51,058 bases of DNA from Myxococcota bacterium (GTDB taxonomy: Bacteria; Myxococcota_A; UBA796), in the NCBI GenBank assembly GCA_038520555.1, contig JBCBLB010000002.1:1-51058 (forward strand), given 5' to 3'. The notes below the pieces were generated by a model. The model ran no database searches. It was not told the origin of the DNA and saw only the letters and a program-made list of their open reading frames with translations. Position numbers and translations under genes: made by a program. Positions 16,649-25,939 of this stretch are shown one piece after another. Every line of letters begins with the position of its first letter. Position 1 is the stretch's first letter.

Positions 16649-16989
16649 GACGCCCCCAATGAAGACAGCAGGAGATGAGTTGCGTCCCCGAGGGTCAGCG
16701 AGGCGCTGAACGCCTGCCCGATCAGCAGATGGACCCTCACCGCGTCATCCTGGATGAAGAACTCCGCTTCGATGCTGGTGTCGTGGTGATCCCACTCCAA
16801 CTGCACCCCACCTGCAGGGGTCGGGTAGACGAACAGCTCATCGAGAAACGCCCCATCACCGCCCCATCGCCCGACACACATGGCGGCGGTCATGACGATC
16901 CGCGGGTTGACCGGCTCGGGGAGCTGATGGCCGCAGGGCTGGGTCTGGAGGACCTCGACGAGACGGCGATCGATGTTGCCGATGCTCAT
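16645..16989 (-). CDS. Phage hypothetical protein
   Basis: Start MSIGNIDRR after GGAGG; VYPTPAGGVQLEW motif. Confidence 0.55.
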   Translation of the reverse strand: MSIGNIDRRLVEVLQTQPCGHQLPEPVNPRIVMTAAMCVGRWGGDGAFLDELFVYPTPAGGVQLEWDHHDTSIEAEFFIQDDAVRVHLLIGQAFSASLTLGDATHLLLSSLGAS

Positions 16990-17309
16990 GACGCCTCCTT
17001 CGACTGGTAAGGAGGAATCACCGTCCCGGTGTACTGATGCTTTCGCCGCCACCGCAGGCGCTGCACCAACTCCCGCCGAGAGACCACCTGCACTCCAAGC
17101 CGCTGAGCCTGGGCGATCTTGGTGCTGCTTATGAGATCGAAGTGCTCTTTGGGGGTGCCACAATGCTGGATCCAGCTCGCCTTCAACCCCAGGGCCTGGG
17201 CAAGCTGGAGCAGCTCTTCGGTGCTGTCCGCCATAAGGTGGCAGGACTTGGCCGGACGGCCGTACAGCTGCGCTCCTTGATGGCGAGGGGGTTCCATCCA
17301 TGCGCTCAT
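16986..17309 (-). CDS. DUF4031 family protein
   Basis: CHLMADSTEELLQLAQALGLKASWIQ...HFDL signature. Confidence 0.8.
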   Translation of the reverse strand: MSAWMEPPRHQGAQLYGRPAKSCHLMADSTEELLQLAQALGLKASWIQHCGTPKEHFDLISSTKIAQAQRLGVQVVSRRELVQRLRWRRKHQYTGTVIPPYQSKEAS

Positions 17310-17488
17310 GACGCCTCCATCGACTGCTTGACCCTCAGCCATCGATCGAAGAGGGGCAGCGCCGGTTCCGGCCGTCCGGCCAGCTCCATCTCCAGATCAG
17401 AGATCCGCTGCTGCAGCCGCTGCTTGTCTTTTTGCAGCCGCTGGACGTGCTCCAGGAGGCTCCTGATGACGGGGTCGTGTACGTTCAT
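17306..17488 (-). CDS. Small coiled-coil phage protein
   Basis: 60 aa coupled ORF with heptad pattern. Confidence 0.55.
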   Translation of the reverse strand: MNVHDPVIRSLLEHVQRLQKDKQRLQQRISDLEMELAGRPEPALPLFDRWLRVKQSMEAS

Positions 17489-17835
17489 CGGATCGCCTCC
17501 TCGTCGAAGGGTGAACCCAGCATCTCGGCGAACTGCTCCCGATGCTCTTGGCGGGCGCGAGCGCGCTGTTGTGGAGTGGCGTGCGCCTTGAGGGCGGAGG
17601 ACTCCGGACAGTGCGGATACCGCCCCTCCCGATACCTCTCGGCCGCCTGGGCAGCGTTCATCGCCTTGTGGAAGTGCTTGTCGTCGAGGAACTTCAGCCA
17701 GGCCGTGTCGATGAAGATGATCTTCTGACAGCCGCCCGCCGCCACCGGCCCCTCGGGGGTGCGCCCTGGCGCAGATCGCAAGTGCGCGCAGCTTCGGCAG
17801 TCCGGGTACGGGCTCATCACCACGTGAGAGGTCAT
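17485..17835 (-). CDS. Cys-containing phage hypothetical protein
   Basis: Coupled to the dnaB stop; CRSC...C...C. Confidence 0.5.
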   Translation of the reverse strand: MTSHVVMSPYPDCRSCAHLRSAPGRTPEGPVAAGGCQKIIFIDTAWLKFLDDKHFHKAMNAAQAAERYREGRYPHCPESSALKAHATPQQRARARQEHREQFAEMLGSPFDEEAIR

Positions 17836-19199
17836 CGCATCACCCCCCGCTGGCGCATCGGGTTGTAGGGGCCATCGAGGACCGCGCCCTGGCTGCCGAT
17901 CCAGTTGAGGTCGAGCGTCCGGGTGTTGCCGTGCCGGTTCTTGCCCACGATCAGCTCCAGCAGGCCCGGCTGTCGATCCTCCCAGTAGTACTCTGGCCGG
18001 AAGGCCAGCAGGATGGCGTCGCTCGCCTCCTCGACCTCGCCAGAGTCCCGCAGGTGCGAGATGTTCGGCACCTTGTCTTTGCTGTCCTCGACCTTGCGGT
18101 TGAGCTGAGACAGCATCATCACGCCCAGCTCGCGGTCGACCGCCATCTCCTTCAGGCCGCGGGCGTTCTTGCTGACCTGTTCATAGCGACCCGCAGAGCC
18201 CGACTCGTCCTTCAACAGCCCCAGGTAGTCGATGACCAACGCCCGGAGCGGGTAGCCGTCCTGGTGCGCCATCGCCTCGAGGCGCCGGGCCGCCGCGGAG
18301 ATGCTCTCGATGGTGCGGGCGCCCTTGATGAGGTATAGCGGAAGCGCGCAGACACCGTTGGCGGCCTGCTCGATCGGTCCCCGCATTCCGCCCAGGTCGT
18401 GGCTGCGCATGCGCCCATAGGGCACCCCGCCGAAGGGGGCGGCCAGCTTGGCGAAGATCTGGGCTGGCGGCATCTCCAGACTGATGACGCCGACCGCGTG
18501 CCCCTGCTGGGCCATGTTGACCGCGATCGTGCAGGCCAGCGAGGTCTTGCCCATGCCCGGACGACCGGCCACGGTGACCAGGTCGCCGGGATACAGCCCG
18601 CCGGCCAGCGTGTCGTCAAGCATCCCGATCCCCGTCGAGGTCGCCGGCGCCGCCCGGCCCTCGTCGAAGGCCGCCTGGCTGGCGAACCACGCCCGGCCCA
18701 CCTCGCCGATGTGCAGGACCTCGCTGGCGCGAGTGCGCCCCGAAAGCTCGATGGTCGCCCGCTGCAGCTTGTCGAGGATCACCGCTGTCTCTTCGGCGAG
18801 GTCGCCGTGCTCGGTGCCCATCTCCGAGACCCGGAGCAGCCACCGGGCCAGCGTCTGCGCCTGACGACGGGCCGCATACGCCCGGACCCGACGGGCCGCG
18901 TCCGCCGCGGAGCCCTCCGGCATCGTGCCCAGCAGGGACTCGATGTGCGCCCAGCCGCCGTACTTCTCGACGTTCTTGACGGTGGTCAGCGAGCCCCGGA
19001 CCGCCGCCCGGTCGACCGGCTGACCGCGCTGGTATCGCTCCCGCATCAGCGAGAAGATCGCCCCGTTCGCCGAGCTGTAGAACTCTCGCGGCTCGATGCC
19101 GGCGGCGACGACCTCCGCCATCTCGCTGGCGTGCCACATCGGGCCGGTCAGCACGTACTCCTCATCGCGGAGACTGTGCAGGGTCTTGAGCGTGCTCAC
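17832..19199 (-). CDS. dnaB: Phage DnaB-like replicative helicase
   Basis: GRPGMGKT Walker A, VIDYLGL, LSQLNR, LRDSGEVEEASD, GKNRHG. Confidence 0.95.
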   Translation of the reverse strand: MSTLKTLHSLRDEEYVLTGPMWHASEMAEVVAAGIEPREFYSSANGAIFSLMRERYQRGQPVDRAAVRGSLTTVKNVEKYGGWAHIESLLGTMPEGSAADAARRVRAYAARRQAQTLARWLLRVSEMGTEHGDLAEETAVILDKLQRATIELSGRTRASEVLHIGEVGRAWFASQAAFDEGRAAPATSTGIGMLDDTLAGGLYPGDLVTVAGRPGMGKTSLACTIAVNMAQQGHAVGVISLEMPPAQIFAKLAAPFGGVPYGRMRSHDLGGMRGPIEQAANGVCALPLYLIKGARTIESISAAARRLEAMAHQDGYPLRALVIDYLGLLKDESGSAGRYEQVSKNARGLKEMAVDRELGVMMLSQLNRKVEDSKDKVPNISHLRDSGEVEEASDAILLAFRPEYYWEDRQPGLLELIVGKNRHGNTRTLDLNWIGSQGAVLDGPYNPMRQRGVMR

Positions 19200-20407
19200 G
19201 CCGCCTCCGATGCCAGGGCGGCTCGGGTGTTGGCGGGGGTGTTGGCGGGAGCTGGCGCTGCAGGTCGATCGGAGACCGCCGCCCAGCAGGTGGGCCAGTG
19301 CTTGCGGATGCCGGCGTTGACAAACCGCACCGCGGACTCCGAGCCCGCCTTTCGGAGCTGCTCCCAGGCCCAGTCGTGGTCCGACTCGTCGAAGACCGCG
19401 CAGATCGTCGCCATCATCGCATCGTGGACCCGGACGTCATCGGTCCACAGCCACCACCGCCGGCCAGGCGCCTGTCGGGTGTCGGTAGGGCCTTCGAAGA
19501 CCCGGTCCAGGTGAGTGATGACCGCATCGGCGTCCATCGGCGCCGGCGTCTCGCTCAACGGATCCGCGCCCTCTAAGGCGAACTCCAGATACCCGCTGAA
19601 CTTGCTGGGACGGAGGATCGTATTGGCCGTGAAAGACTTGCTTCGGAGGAAGGTGGCGCGGTCATGCAGCGAGTGCTGCCACCACCGCCATACGGTGACG
19701 ATCGCCTCCTCGCCGTGCTCTTTGACCCGAGCAGACAGGGCGCGTCGGTTGCGTCCGAGCGGAGCCCTTCTGGCCTTGGCGCCTCGAGCACGGGCCGCCT
19801 CCAGGCGGATCTCCTCCAGCCGTCCCCACAACACCTCCAGCGGATCCACTTCTGGGACCTCGAGCCCTGAAGCCTCGAAGAGCGATCCAGAACCCGAACC
19901 CCCCTGGGGGGCTTTGGGGGGAATTGAGGAGGGTTCAATTGAGGAGGGTTCAGTGAGGAGGGTTCGGTGCTCATCATGAGCAGGGGGTATGCTCACCGTG
20001 AGCAGGGTACCCGTCTCATCATGAGCAGGGTGCTTGTCATGAGCAGGGTTACGGTTTTTATTGTCGGACCGCTTCCGCTTGCGGGCCTCAGCCTGGCTGT
20101 CCTTCCAGTCTTGAACTGTCTGGGGATCTGGAAGGGCCTCGAGATGCAGCCGACAGATCATTCCACCGCGCTCTGTGAAGCCGACCACCTCCAACACGCC
20201 CCACTCCAGCAGGGCTGCACGGTGGCGTTGGGCTGTGGCTCGGCCAACACCTGCCTTCTCTGAGAGCTTCTTCAGGCCAGGGTAGGCGAGCCCCGTCTTG
20301 TTGTCCGCATGGCGCAGGTAGGCAAAGAGAAGGAGCTTCTGGGTACCCGTCAGATGGGAGTCGATGATCGCATCTGAGAGCTGCCCTTTGTTCAGAGGGG
20401 CGTTCAT
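19196..20407 (-). CDS. Phage replication initiator (N-terminal winged HTH)
   Basis: KLLLFAYLRHAD...AYPGLKKLSEKAGVGRAT HTH; TILRPSKFSGYL C-terminal motif; internal iterons; upstream of dnaB. Confidence 0.8.
   Translation of the reverse strand: MNAPLNKGQLSDAIIDSHLTGTQKLLLFAYLRHADNKTGLAYPGLKKLSEKAGVGRATAQRHRAALLEWGVLEVVGFTERGGMICRLHLEALPDPQTVQDWKDSQAEARKRKRSDNKNRNPAHDKHPAHDETGTLLTVSIPPAHDEHRTLLTEPSSIEPSSIPPKAPQGGSGSGSLFEASGLEVPEVDPLEVLWGRLEEIRLEAARARGAKARRAPLGRNRRALSARVKEHGEEAIVTVWRWWQHSLHDRATFLRSKSFTANTILRPSKFSGYLEFALEGADPLSETPAPMDADAVITHLDRVFEGPTDTRQAPGRRWWLWTDDVRVHDAMMATICAVFDESDHDWAWEQLRKAGSESAVRFVNAGIRKHWPTCWAAVSDRPAAPAPANTPANTRAALASEAA
19925..20048. repeat. Iteron cluster (putative phage origin) inside the initiator gene
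   Basis: Four 16-mers of consensus CTCATCATGAGCAGGG at 19970, 19992, 20015, 20033; three TGAGGAGGGTTC at 19925, 19940, 19954. Confidence 0.75.
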
Positions 20408-20694
20408 CGCTCACCCCCCTCGACGACGCGCCACTCGTTCATGGTCCACGTCCCACCCCGGCGCATCCCGATGCTTTGAGCGAGAACTATGGTTCGCCGC
20501 CGCTCAAGGAGGCCCATCTGTTCGAGCCTTCGGAGCGTTGTGTGGGCAGTCTGCTTACTACACCCAAAGGTCTCTCTCTGCCAGTTATGTAGATCAAAGC
20601 TGCCCAACCAGCCTTTTCCAGCCATGTACTCGATGAGGTGTTGCCGGCACTGATCGGAGGACATCTGTCGGGGATCGATGGGGGCGGCGTTCAT
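20404..20694 (-). CDS. Winged-HTH phage protein
   Basis: FGCSKQTAHTTLRRLEQMGLLERR. Confidence 0.55.
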   Translation of the reverse strand: MNAAPIDPRQMSSDQCRQHLIEYMAGKGWLGSFDLHNWQRETFGCSKQTAHTTLRRLEQMGLLERRRTIVLAQSIGMRRGGTWTMNEWRVVEGGER

Positions 20695-20939
20695 TCCTCA
20701 CCCCCTTCCCACTGGGGCGATACGGGGGTGCTCTCGAAGAAACTCGACGACAGCACATCGAACGTGCTATCTGTTCGTTGATTCACAGTCGTTTCCTGTG
20801 GTTCATTGACCGCCGGTGGTGTGCCTGCACCCCGGCGGTCGCTCGGTGTTGGGGTGGTCCAGGCGACAGACGCCGCCCAGACCGCGATGGGCGCAAAGAA
20901 GAGCAGCGCCCAGAGGCGGAAATCAAAGAGGAGGATCAT
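20691..20939 (-). CDS. Small membrane-anchored phage protein
   Basis: Hydrophobic N-terminus, coupled ORF. Confidence 0.5.
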   Translation of the reverse strand: MILLFDFRLWALLFFAPIAVWAASVAWTTPTPSDRRGAGTPPAVNEPQETTVNQRTDSTFDVLSSSFFESTPVSPQWEGGEE

Positions 20940-21235
20940 CTGGCCTCCATCAGGTGCCGGCGGAATCGGGCCTGGACCTCGCTCAGGACCCGGATGGGCG
21001 CCTGGTACTCCTCGCGGAGGAGCTGGAGGATCAGGTGCATCTGCGGCAGGCAGTGCGGGTAGCCGGTGTGCCAGTCGACCAGCCGAGAGAAGGGAACACC
21101 CATCGAGACGCTGACCTCGTCGAGGGAGAGGTCAGCGCGCGCGCGCTCCTTCTGCAGGACGCCCGCGAGCCACTCCGAAAACGGGATGGGCTCGGTCATC
21201 TCCTGGAGATCAGAGAGATCCTGCTGCTGCATCAT
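20936..21235 (-). CDS. XRE-type HTH protein
   Basis: LQKERARADLSLDEVSVSMGVPFSRLVDWHTG. Confidence 0.6.
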   Translation of the reverse strand: MMQQQDLSDLQEMTEPIPFSEWLAGVLQKERARADLSLDEVSVSMGVPFSRLVDWHTGYPHCLPQMHLILQLLREEYQAPIRVLSEVQARFRRHLMEAR

Positions 21236-21392
21236 CGATTCGCCCGGTCGGTGAAGATCAAGATCGCGGCGACGCCGAGGACGGCGATGAGCATTCCGAG
21301 GATGGAGGGGGTAGGCACGGGGCCTCCGGGAGGGAGGAGGCGGCCGGGATGCGCAGGAGGGAAGATCAGCGCGGGCCGCCGGGTGGGAGGGG

Positions 21393-21656
21393 TCAGGCGG
21401 CGGCGGTCTTCGCTTCCTTGCGGGCGAGCAGCTCACCGCGATCGGCTGCTGCATTCATGAGATCGACCGGGTCGACGCGTAGTGCCTGTGCGAGCTTCCG
21501 GCGATGAGCGTCGGAGACGTTCCCACCTCGCAGCCATGCATACACGGCAGGCCGGGAGACACCGACGCGCTTGGCGAGCCGTTGGTGGTTGTAGTCGAGA
21601 TCGTTGAACCGTCGGCGGATGAGGTTCGTCAGCGGGTTGTCTGCGACCGACTCCAT
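21393..21656 (-). CDS. Cro-like XRE regulator
   Basis: HQRLAKRVGVSRPAVYAWLRG; divergent from the repressor. Confidence 0.85.
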   Translation of the reverse strand: MESVADNPLTNLIRRRFNDLDYNHQRLAKRVGVSRPAVYAWLRGGNVSDAHRRKLAQALRVDPVDLMNAAADRGELLARKEAKTAAA

Positions 21657-21672
21657 GGAATGCCCTCGCTCA

Positions 21673-21731
21673 TGTTAATACAGCTTACGTTACTTGTATT
21701 AACAGAGATCGGGATGTCAAGCGCCTTAACG
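21673..21731. promoter_or_regulatory. Lysis/lysogeny switch region with operator-like palindromes and a leftward TTGACA -35
   Basis: TGTTAATACA (21673)/TGTATTAACA (21695) inverted repeat; AT-rich; between divergent HTH genes. Confidence 0.65.
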
Positions 21732-21754
21732 TGTGAATGAACTAATCTTGGCGC

Positions 21755-22120
21755 GTGAGCGACAAAAACAAAGAGCTGAATCCTGACTACGTGCGTGTAG
21801 GTGCAATCCTCCGCAGCGCACGTGAGAAGCGCGAGATTCAGCAACAGGACCTGGCGAAGGTCCTGGGCCGCTCTCATGGATCCCTGTCGCTCATAGAACA
21901 CGGGAAGAGCAACACAACCCTTGACCTGCTCCAGAGATATGGAAACAAGGTCGGGGTTTATGTCACAGTGGTTGCCTCAGATGGGAATCATCCGGCAGAG
22001 GATTTGGCCGCACGCATCTTGAGGCTGGGGGAAGGCCTCACGAGGGAGCGCGCCCTCTCCATCAGCGCCTTACTGACCGTGTGGGAACAGCAGGACAACA
22101 TCGCCAACACGGCGGGTTGA
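21755..22120 (+). CDS. Prophage repressor (XRE HTH, no S24 peptidase domain)
   Basis: LRSAREKREIQQQDLAKVLGRSHGSLSLIEHGK. Confidence 0.85.
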   Translation: MSDKNKELNPDYVRVGAILRSAREKREIQQQDLAKVLGRSHGSLSLIEHGKSNTTLDLLQRYGNKVGVYVTVVASDGNHPAEDLAARILRLGEGLTRERALSISALLTVWEQQDNIANTAG

Positions 22121-22312
22121 TTCACGTAGTCGGTCCAGCTCTTCGCGTATTGCCTTGAGCAAGGATGGCGCCTCCGCTGGGTGGATCTTCATCTTCCGCA
22201 GCTCCTCGTAGAGTTGAGCGCAGCATATGGCGCTTTCTTCTACAGAAGCTGGCTGGATAACATCAAGCGCCCGACGCTTTTTTTTGGGAATCTCTGTTAC
22301 TGGCATTGACAT
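22070..22312 (-). CDS. Hypothetical protein convergent on the repressor
   Basis: Open frame from ATG 22312 in a lower-GC stretch. Confidence 0.35.
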   Translation of the reverse strand: MSMPVTEIPKKKRRALDVIQPASVEESAICCAQLYEELRKMKIHPAEAPSLLKAIREELDRLRESTRRVGDVVLLFPHGQ

Positions 22313-22363
22313 GGGTGGGTGCTCTGCATAGCCTGTTAATGTCATTAACAAGGGAGACACTCG

Positions 22364-22996
22364 ATGAGCGCGCCCCTGAAAAAGGCGAATGAATTTCACG
22401 CCTTCACCCCACGGAGTGGCAGCGGCGATTTTGGCCACGGTTCACATCCTCTTGACAATACCGGTAATACACCAGTCAAAGATGCCTCCGATGAAGGTAA
22501 TGAATCGACCGGACACGCGGCAGCAGCATTTTCTGAGAATTCTTCTGACGGGCTGAATTCAACCCCAGCGGGCCGATACGGCTGCGGCTGCGGCAGCAGC
22601 GGCAGGGAACGTGAGAGTTATCAGACCGCTTTCATCCCTGACGAAGACACCGACCTTGACGCCCTCTATGCCGACGACCCAGAGCGGCTGAGCGCGGACA
22701 TCAAGGCGCTCGTGGCTTTGATCGACCCCGACGACCCGGGGGAAGAGCAGCTCGACGCTCTTGATGAGCTGGAGAGCTACCAGCAGATGTGGCACCCCGG
22801 GGACGCCACCGGTTCGCTCTGGGTAGATGCAGGGACCGACCAGGGGCGGCTGGTCTGCCCGGACTGCGAGGGCTGCGGGACGACCTTCGATGTGTGGCCC
22901 GAGAGGACGACGATCTGCACCACCTGCGCCGGCACCGGATCGATCGATGAAGCACCTTATAGCCGGCACCCTCGCGTTCACAGCGAGGTGGCGTGA
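22364..22996 (+). CDS. Early phage protein with C-terminal CxxCxGxG zinc finger (start uncertain)
   Basis: CPDCEGCG ... CTTCAGTG. Confidence 0.55.
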   Translation: MSAPLKKANEFHAFTPRSGSGDFGHGSHPLDNTGNTPVKDASDEGNESTGHAAAAFSENSSDGLNSTPAGRYGCGCGSSGRERESYQTAFIPDEDTDLDALYADDPERLSADIKALVALIDPDDPGEEQLDALDELESYQQMWHPGDATGSLWVDAGTDQGRLVCPDCEGCGTTFDVWPERTTICTTCAGTGSIDEAPYSRHPRVHSEVA

Positions 22997-23211
22997 TGGG
23001 CTCGCTCAAGAAGGGCCTTACGCAGACGCGTGACGTCGACATTTGCAACCTCCACGGCCGCATCAGCAAAGCCGCGATGATGGACGTGCTCATCGATCAG
23101 GCGCGCATTGCGCACGGTGACGAAGATCTCGATGGCCGAGCGCTCTACCTCGCTCTCAAAGAGATGCTCAACCCTATCCTCTCCGCCCGTGGTGATCGGG
23201 AGGTGAAGTGA
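22993..23211 (+). CDS. Phage hypothetical protein
   Basis: Coupled ORF, GAGG RBS. Confidence 0.55.
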   Translation: MMGSLKKGLTQTRDVDICNLHGRISKAAMMDVLIDQARIAHGDEDLDGRALYLALKEMLNPILSARGDREVK

Positions 23212-23768
23212 TGAGTCTCTCTCAGAGCCAGACGATCCGCGCCTGCTACCTCGACTACAACGCCGCCATCCAGCGCGAAGAGGTGGGACCTTTGATGGTC
23301 ACCGACCTCTACCTCTCGCCCGGTAAGATGGCCATCCGCCGCGCGGGCTTGAAGGTCCAGCCCGCGCTCTCGACCAGAGAGGCCGACGATCTGATCGCCC
23401 GGTTCCGTCACCGCGCCCAGGTCGAGCAGGAGATGACCGATGCGGGTCAGACCTTCCGCCGGGCCGCCCATGAGGGCATCCTTCAGTGCATTCGGTGGTA
23501 CACCGCCGCCTTCGCCGTCCACCAGTGGCTCACCGAGCGCCGCCGGATGGCCGACTACCCCCGCGATGGCTGGTACAGCCCGGCAGACGTCGGGGCGCTG
23601 CGCTGGAGCGTCGTCGAGCGCCTGAAGACCCGCGCGGTCTACGACCAGCACCTGACGCAGTTGTACCGGCTCCTGGACGTCTACGAGGAAGTCCAGGGCA
23701 AGCCCTGCCGATGCGCGGCCCAGCTGGACTGGCTGCTCGGCGAGGAAGCGGTCGAGGTGGCGGCATGA
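23208..23768 (+). CDS. Phage hypothetical protein
   Basis: Coupled ORF, GGAGG RBS. Confidence 0.6.
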   Translation: MMSLSQSQTIRACYLDYNAAIQREEVGPLMVTDLYLSPGKMAIRRAGLKVQPALSTREADDLIARFRHRAQVEQEMTDAGQTFRRAAHEGILQCIRWYTAAFAVHQWLTERRRMADYPRDGWYSPADVGALRWSVVERLKTRAVYDQHLTQLYRLLDVYEEVQGKPCRCAAQLDWLLGEEAVEVAA

Positions 23769-24208
23769 AGCCCCGTCCGGTCCCGCCCATCCCCACAACG
23801 CAGGCGCTGCTCGCCTCGACCCTGCAGCTGTACGCCGTCACCGCGGCCCACTACGCCGACGACCTGTCCCTGCTGCTGTGGTCGGCCAACCACACCCAGG
23901 AGCTGCGCGCCCTGTTCGATCGGTTCCTGGGTCTCGTGATCGATATCGATGAGCATATGCCGCTGCCGCTGCTCATCGCTGAACACGCCCCCTACATCCG
24001 GGCGATTCGCCAGCAGTGCCCGAGCATCCACCTGCTGCTTTCGCGGCTGAAGCACCAGGCCGCACGGCTCAAGGACCTCGCCGCCGACGTCTACGGCAAG
24101 GACGCCCACATCACCCGAAGCGCTGTCGAGGCGTACGAAACCGTCGATTCGCTTTGTTCCTACTACCGACTCTCGAACTATGAAACCCGCCAGAGGAGAC
24201 TCGCATGA
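23765..24208 (+). CDS. Phage hypothetical protein (MKPRPVPP start)
   Basis: ATGA overlap with the upstream stop. Confidence 0.55.
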   Translation: MKPRPVPPIPTTQALLASTLQLYAVTAAHYADDLSLLLWSANHTQELRALFDRFLGLVIDIDEHMPLPLLIAEHAPYIRAIRQQCPSIHLLLSRLKHQAARLKDLAADVYGKDAHITRSAVEAYETVDSLCSYYRLSNYETRQRRLA

Positions 24209-24393
24209 GCGCCGCACATCAGGGCGAGCACGCCCCGTGTCGAGACACCACGATCCTGCAGTTGAGGATCCAAATTGAAGAGCTGCGGCGGCAGCTGCTG
24301 AACTACCAGGAGATCAGACGGATCCTCAATCACCCGACCGTCGCCCCGCGCGTCTGCGCCATCCTCGACGAAGAGGGGGTGAGCTATGGGTGA
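24205..24393 (+). CDS. Phage hypothetical protein
   Basis: Coupled ORF, AGGAG RBS. Confidence 0.5.
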   Translation: MSAAHQGEHAPCRDTTILQLRIQIEELRRQLLNYQEIRRILNHPTVAPRVCAILDEEGVSYG

Positions 24394-24664
24394 TCGCTGG
24401 TGGCATCACGACTCGCCTTTCTTCTGCCTCGTCGCGCATGACGACATCACCGGATGGGGATTCCTGATCTTCGAGTCCTGGGATTATGCCGGAGGTGCGA
24501 CCGATGAACAGCTGGACACACTGTCCAGGCTGCATGTCTGCGATGACGGCTACGGATACACCCCGGCAGAAGTTCACTTCGAGGGCGTCGCTTCTACGAT
24601 CAAGCGCAAAAACAATCTGACCGAAGACCTGCTCGCTGGCTATGCGGAGGTGTCGAATGGCTAA
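24386..24664 (+). CDS. Phage hypothetical protein
   Basis: Coupled ORF. Confidence 0.5.
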   Translation: MGDRWWHHDSPFFCLVAHDDITGWGFLIFESWDYAGGATDEQLDTLSRLHVCDDGYGYTPAEVHFEGVASTIKRKNNLTEDLLAGYAEVSNG

Positions 24665-24863
24665 GACCTACCCTATCTCCCACAGGCTGCTCAATCAGGC
24701 CATCCGCACGCTCCACAACGCGATCCCTCGCCGGAATGAGGGGTGTCCGGTGTGTGGTTCTGAGCGATTCAGGCCCTGCTATCAGGGTTGTGAGGCGGCC
24801 GATGCGGTCGAGCTGGTCAAGGAGCTGCGTGCACTGAAGAAAGCGAAGGTGTCGAATGCGTAG
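24657..24863 (+). CDS. Small Cys-rich phage protein
   Basis: MAKTYP start after GGAGG; CPVC...C...C. Confidence 0.5.
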   Translation: MAKTYPISHRLLNQAIRTLHNAIPRRNEGCPVCGSERFRPCYQGCEAADAVELVKELRALKKAKVSNA

Positions 24864-25065
24864 CCACTACCAGAACGGTGAGATCGTCGACATCAGCTCT
24901 GAAGACGGGCTCGTCCAGGTAACGATCCGCCAGCCCCACGGCGTCCATGGCCATGTCACCGCACGGGTGGTGTTGACGACCCTGGAGGCACGCGAGTTGG
25001 GGCGGATGCTCGGCTGCGCGGCAGACCATGCGCTCATACAACAGCGGTTCGGGGGTGAGCGATGA
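24856..25065 (+). CDS. Phage hypothetical protein
   Basis: Coupled ORF. Confidence 0.5.
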   Translation: MRSHYQNGEIVDISSEDGLVQVTIRQPHGVHGHVTARVVLTTLEARELGRMLGCAADHALIQQRFGGER

Positions 25066-25616
25066 GTATCACCCGCCAGCAGCGCGCCCAGCTCGGCCGA
25101 CTGCTCAGGGGTGGTCACATCACCCAGGCGATCGAGCTGGGCCAGGCGCTCACAGAGATCCGGCCGCTGGTGCTGGAGGCCATCAACCACGCCATCTCGG
25201 GCTCCGGTGCCTACTGGCTCCACCTGCGCGAGAAGCGTTGGTGCATCGAGTGGGCCACGCTCCCGCCATTTCATGCAGACTCAAAAACCAGGTTTGCGCT
25301 GATACATGCCTCGCAACAGCTTCGACGGTTGCGAGATCATGGCGGTTCAATAGATTATTGCGAATTCGCCAAGAGACGGCGACTGTTCAACAAGGCACGG
25401 GGCTTGTTGGCAGGAGCTGCCCTCACAGATCTGAGCCTGGGTCGTGAGATTCCCCTCAATGTCGCCGGATATCTTGCCGTCTGTTCGCAGAGCCGGCCCA
25501 AACACCCCCGCCTGCGTCGGTTCAACACCGTGCTTCTGGACGCGCTGTGCGGTGATTTGGGCTGGCTCGACGCGTATACGCAGGTGCCGTTGTCTCGCGG
25601 AAGGCGGGCGTCATGA
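25062..25616 (+). CDS. Phage hypothetical protein
   Basis: Coupled ORF. Confidence 0.5.
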   Translation: MSITRQQRAQLGRLLRGGHITQAIELGQALTEIRPLVLEAINHAISGSGAYWLHLREKRWCIEWATLPPFHADSKTRFALIHASQQLRRLRDHGGSIDYCEFAKRRRLFNKARGLLAGAALTDLSLGREIPLNVAGYLAVCSQSRPKHPRLRRFNTVLLDALCGDLGWLDAYTQVPLSRGRRAS

Positions 25617-25939
25617 GCGGCCCGACCACCACCGATCGCCCCTGGCAGCCGCCCCGAGGCAAGCGCCATCATGACCACGTCAAGCACGGCTATCGTGTCG
25701 CGTACAGCTACGCGCGGCATCACCACACCGAGGATGATGAGGTCGAACTACTGGAATGGGCGGCAGCGTATTGGCACATCGACCATGCCTATCATGAGTT
25801 TCAGATGCAGGTGGCGCAGCACTGCCGCTGCTGCCCGGACTGTTCGGAGGTCCCCTGCTCTGGCGTGCTGACCAGTGGTTTCTGCGAGTCGTGGATCTGT
25901 GTGTGTGGAGGGGACGAGGATTGGGAGGGTGAGCCATGA
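25613..25939 (+). CDS. Cys/His-rich phage protein
   Basis: CRCCPDC...PC...C...CVC cluster. Confidence 0.55.
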   Translation: MSGPTTTDRPWQPPRGKRHHDHVKHGYRVAYSYARHHHTEDDEVELLEWAAAYWHIDHAYHEFQMQVAQHCRCCPDCSEVPCSGVLTSGFCESWICVCGGDEDWEGEP

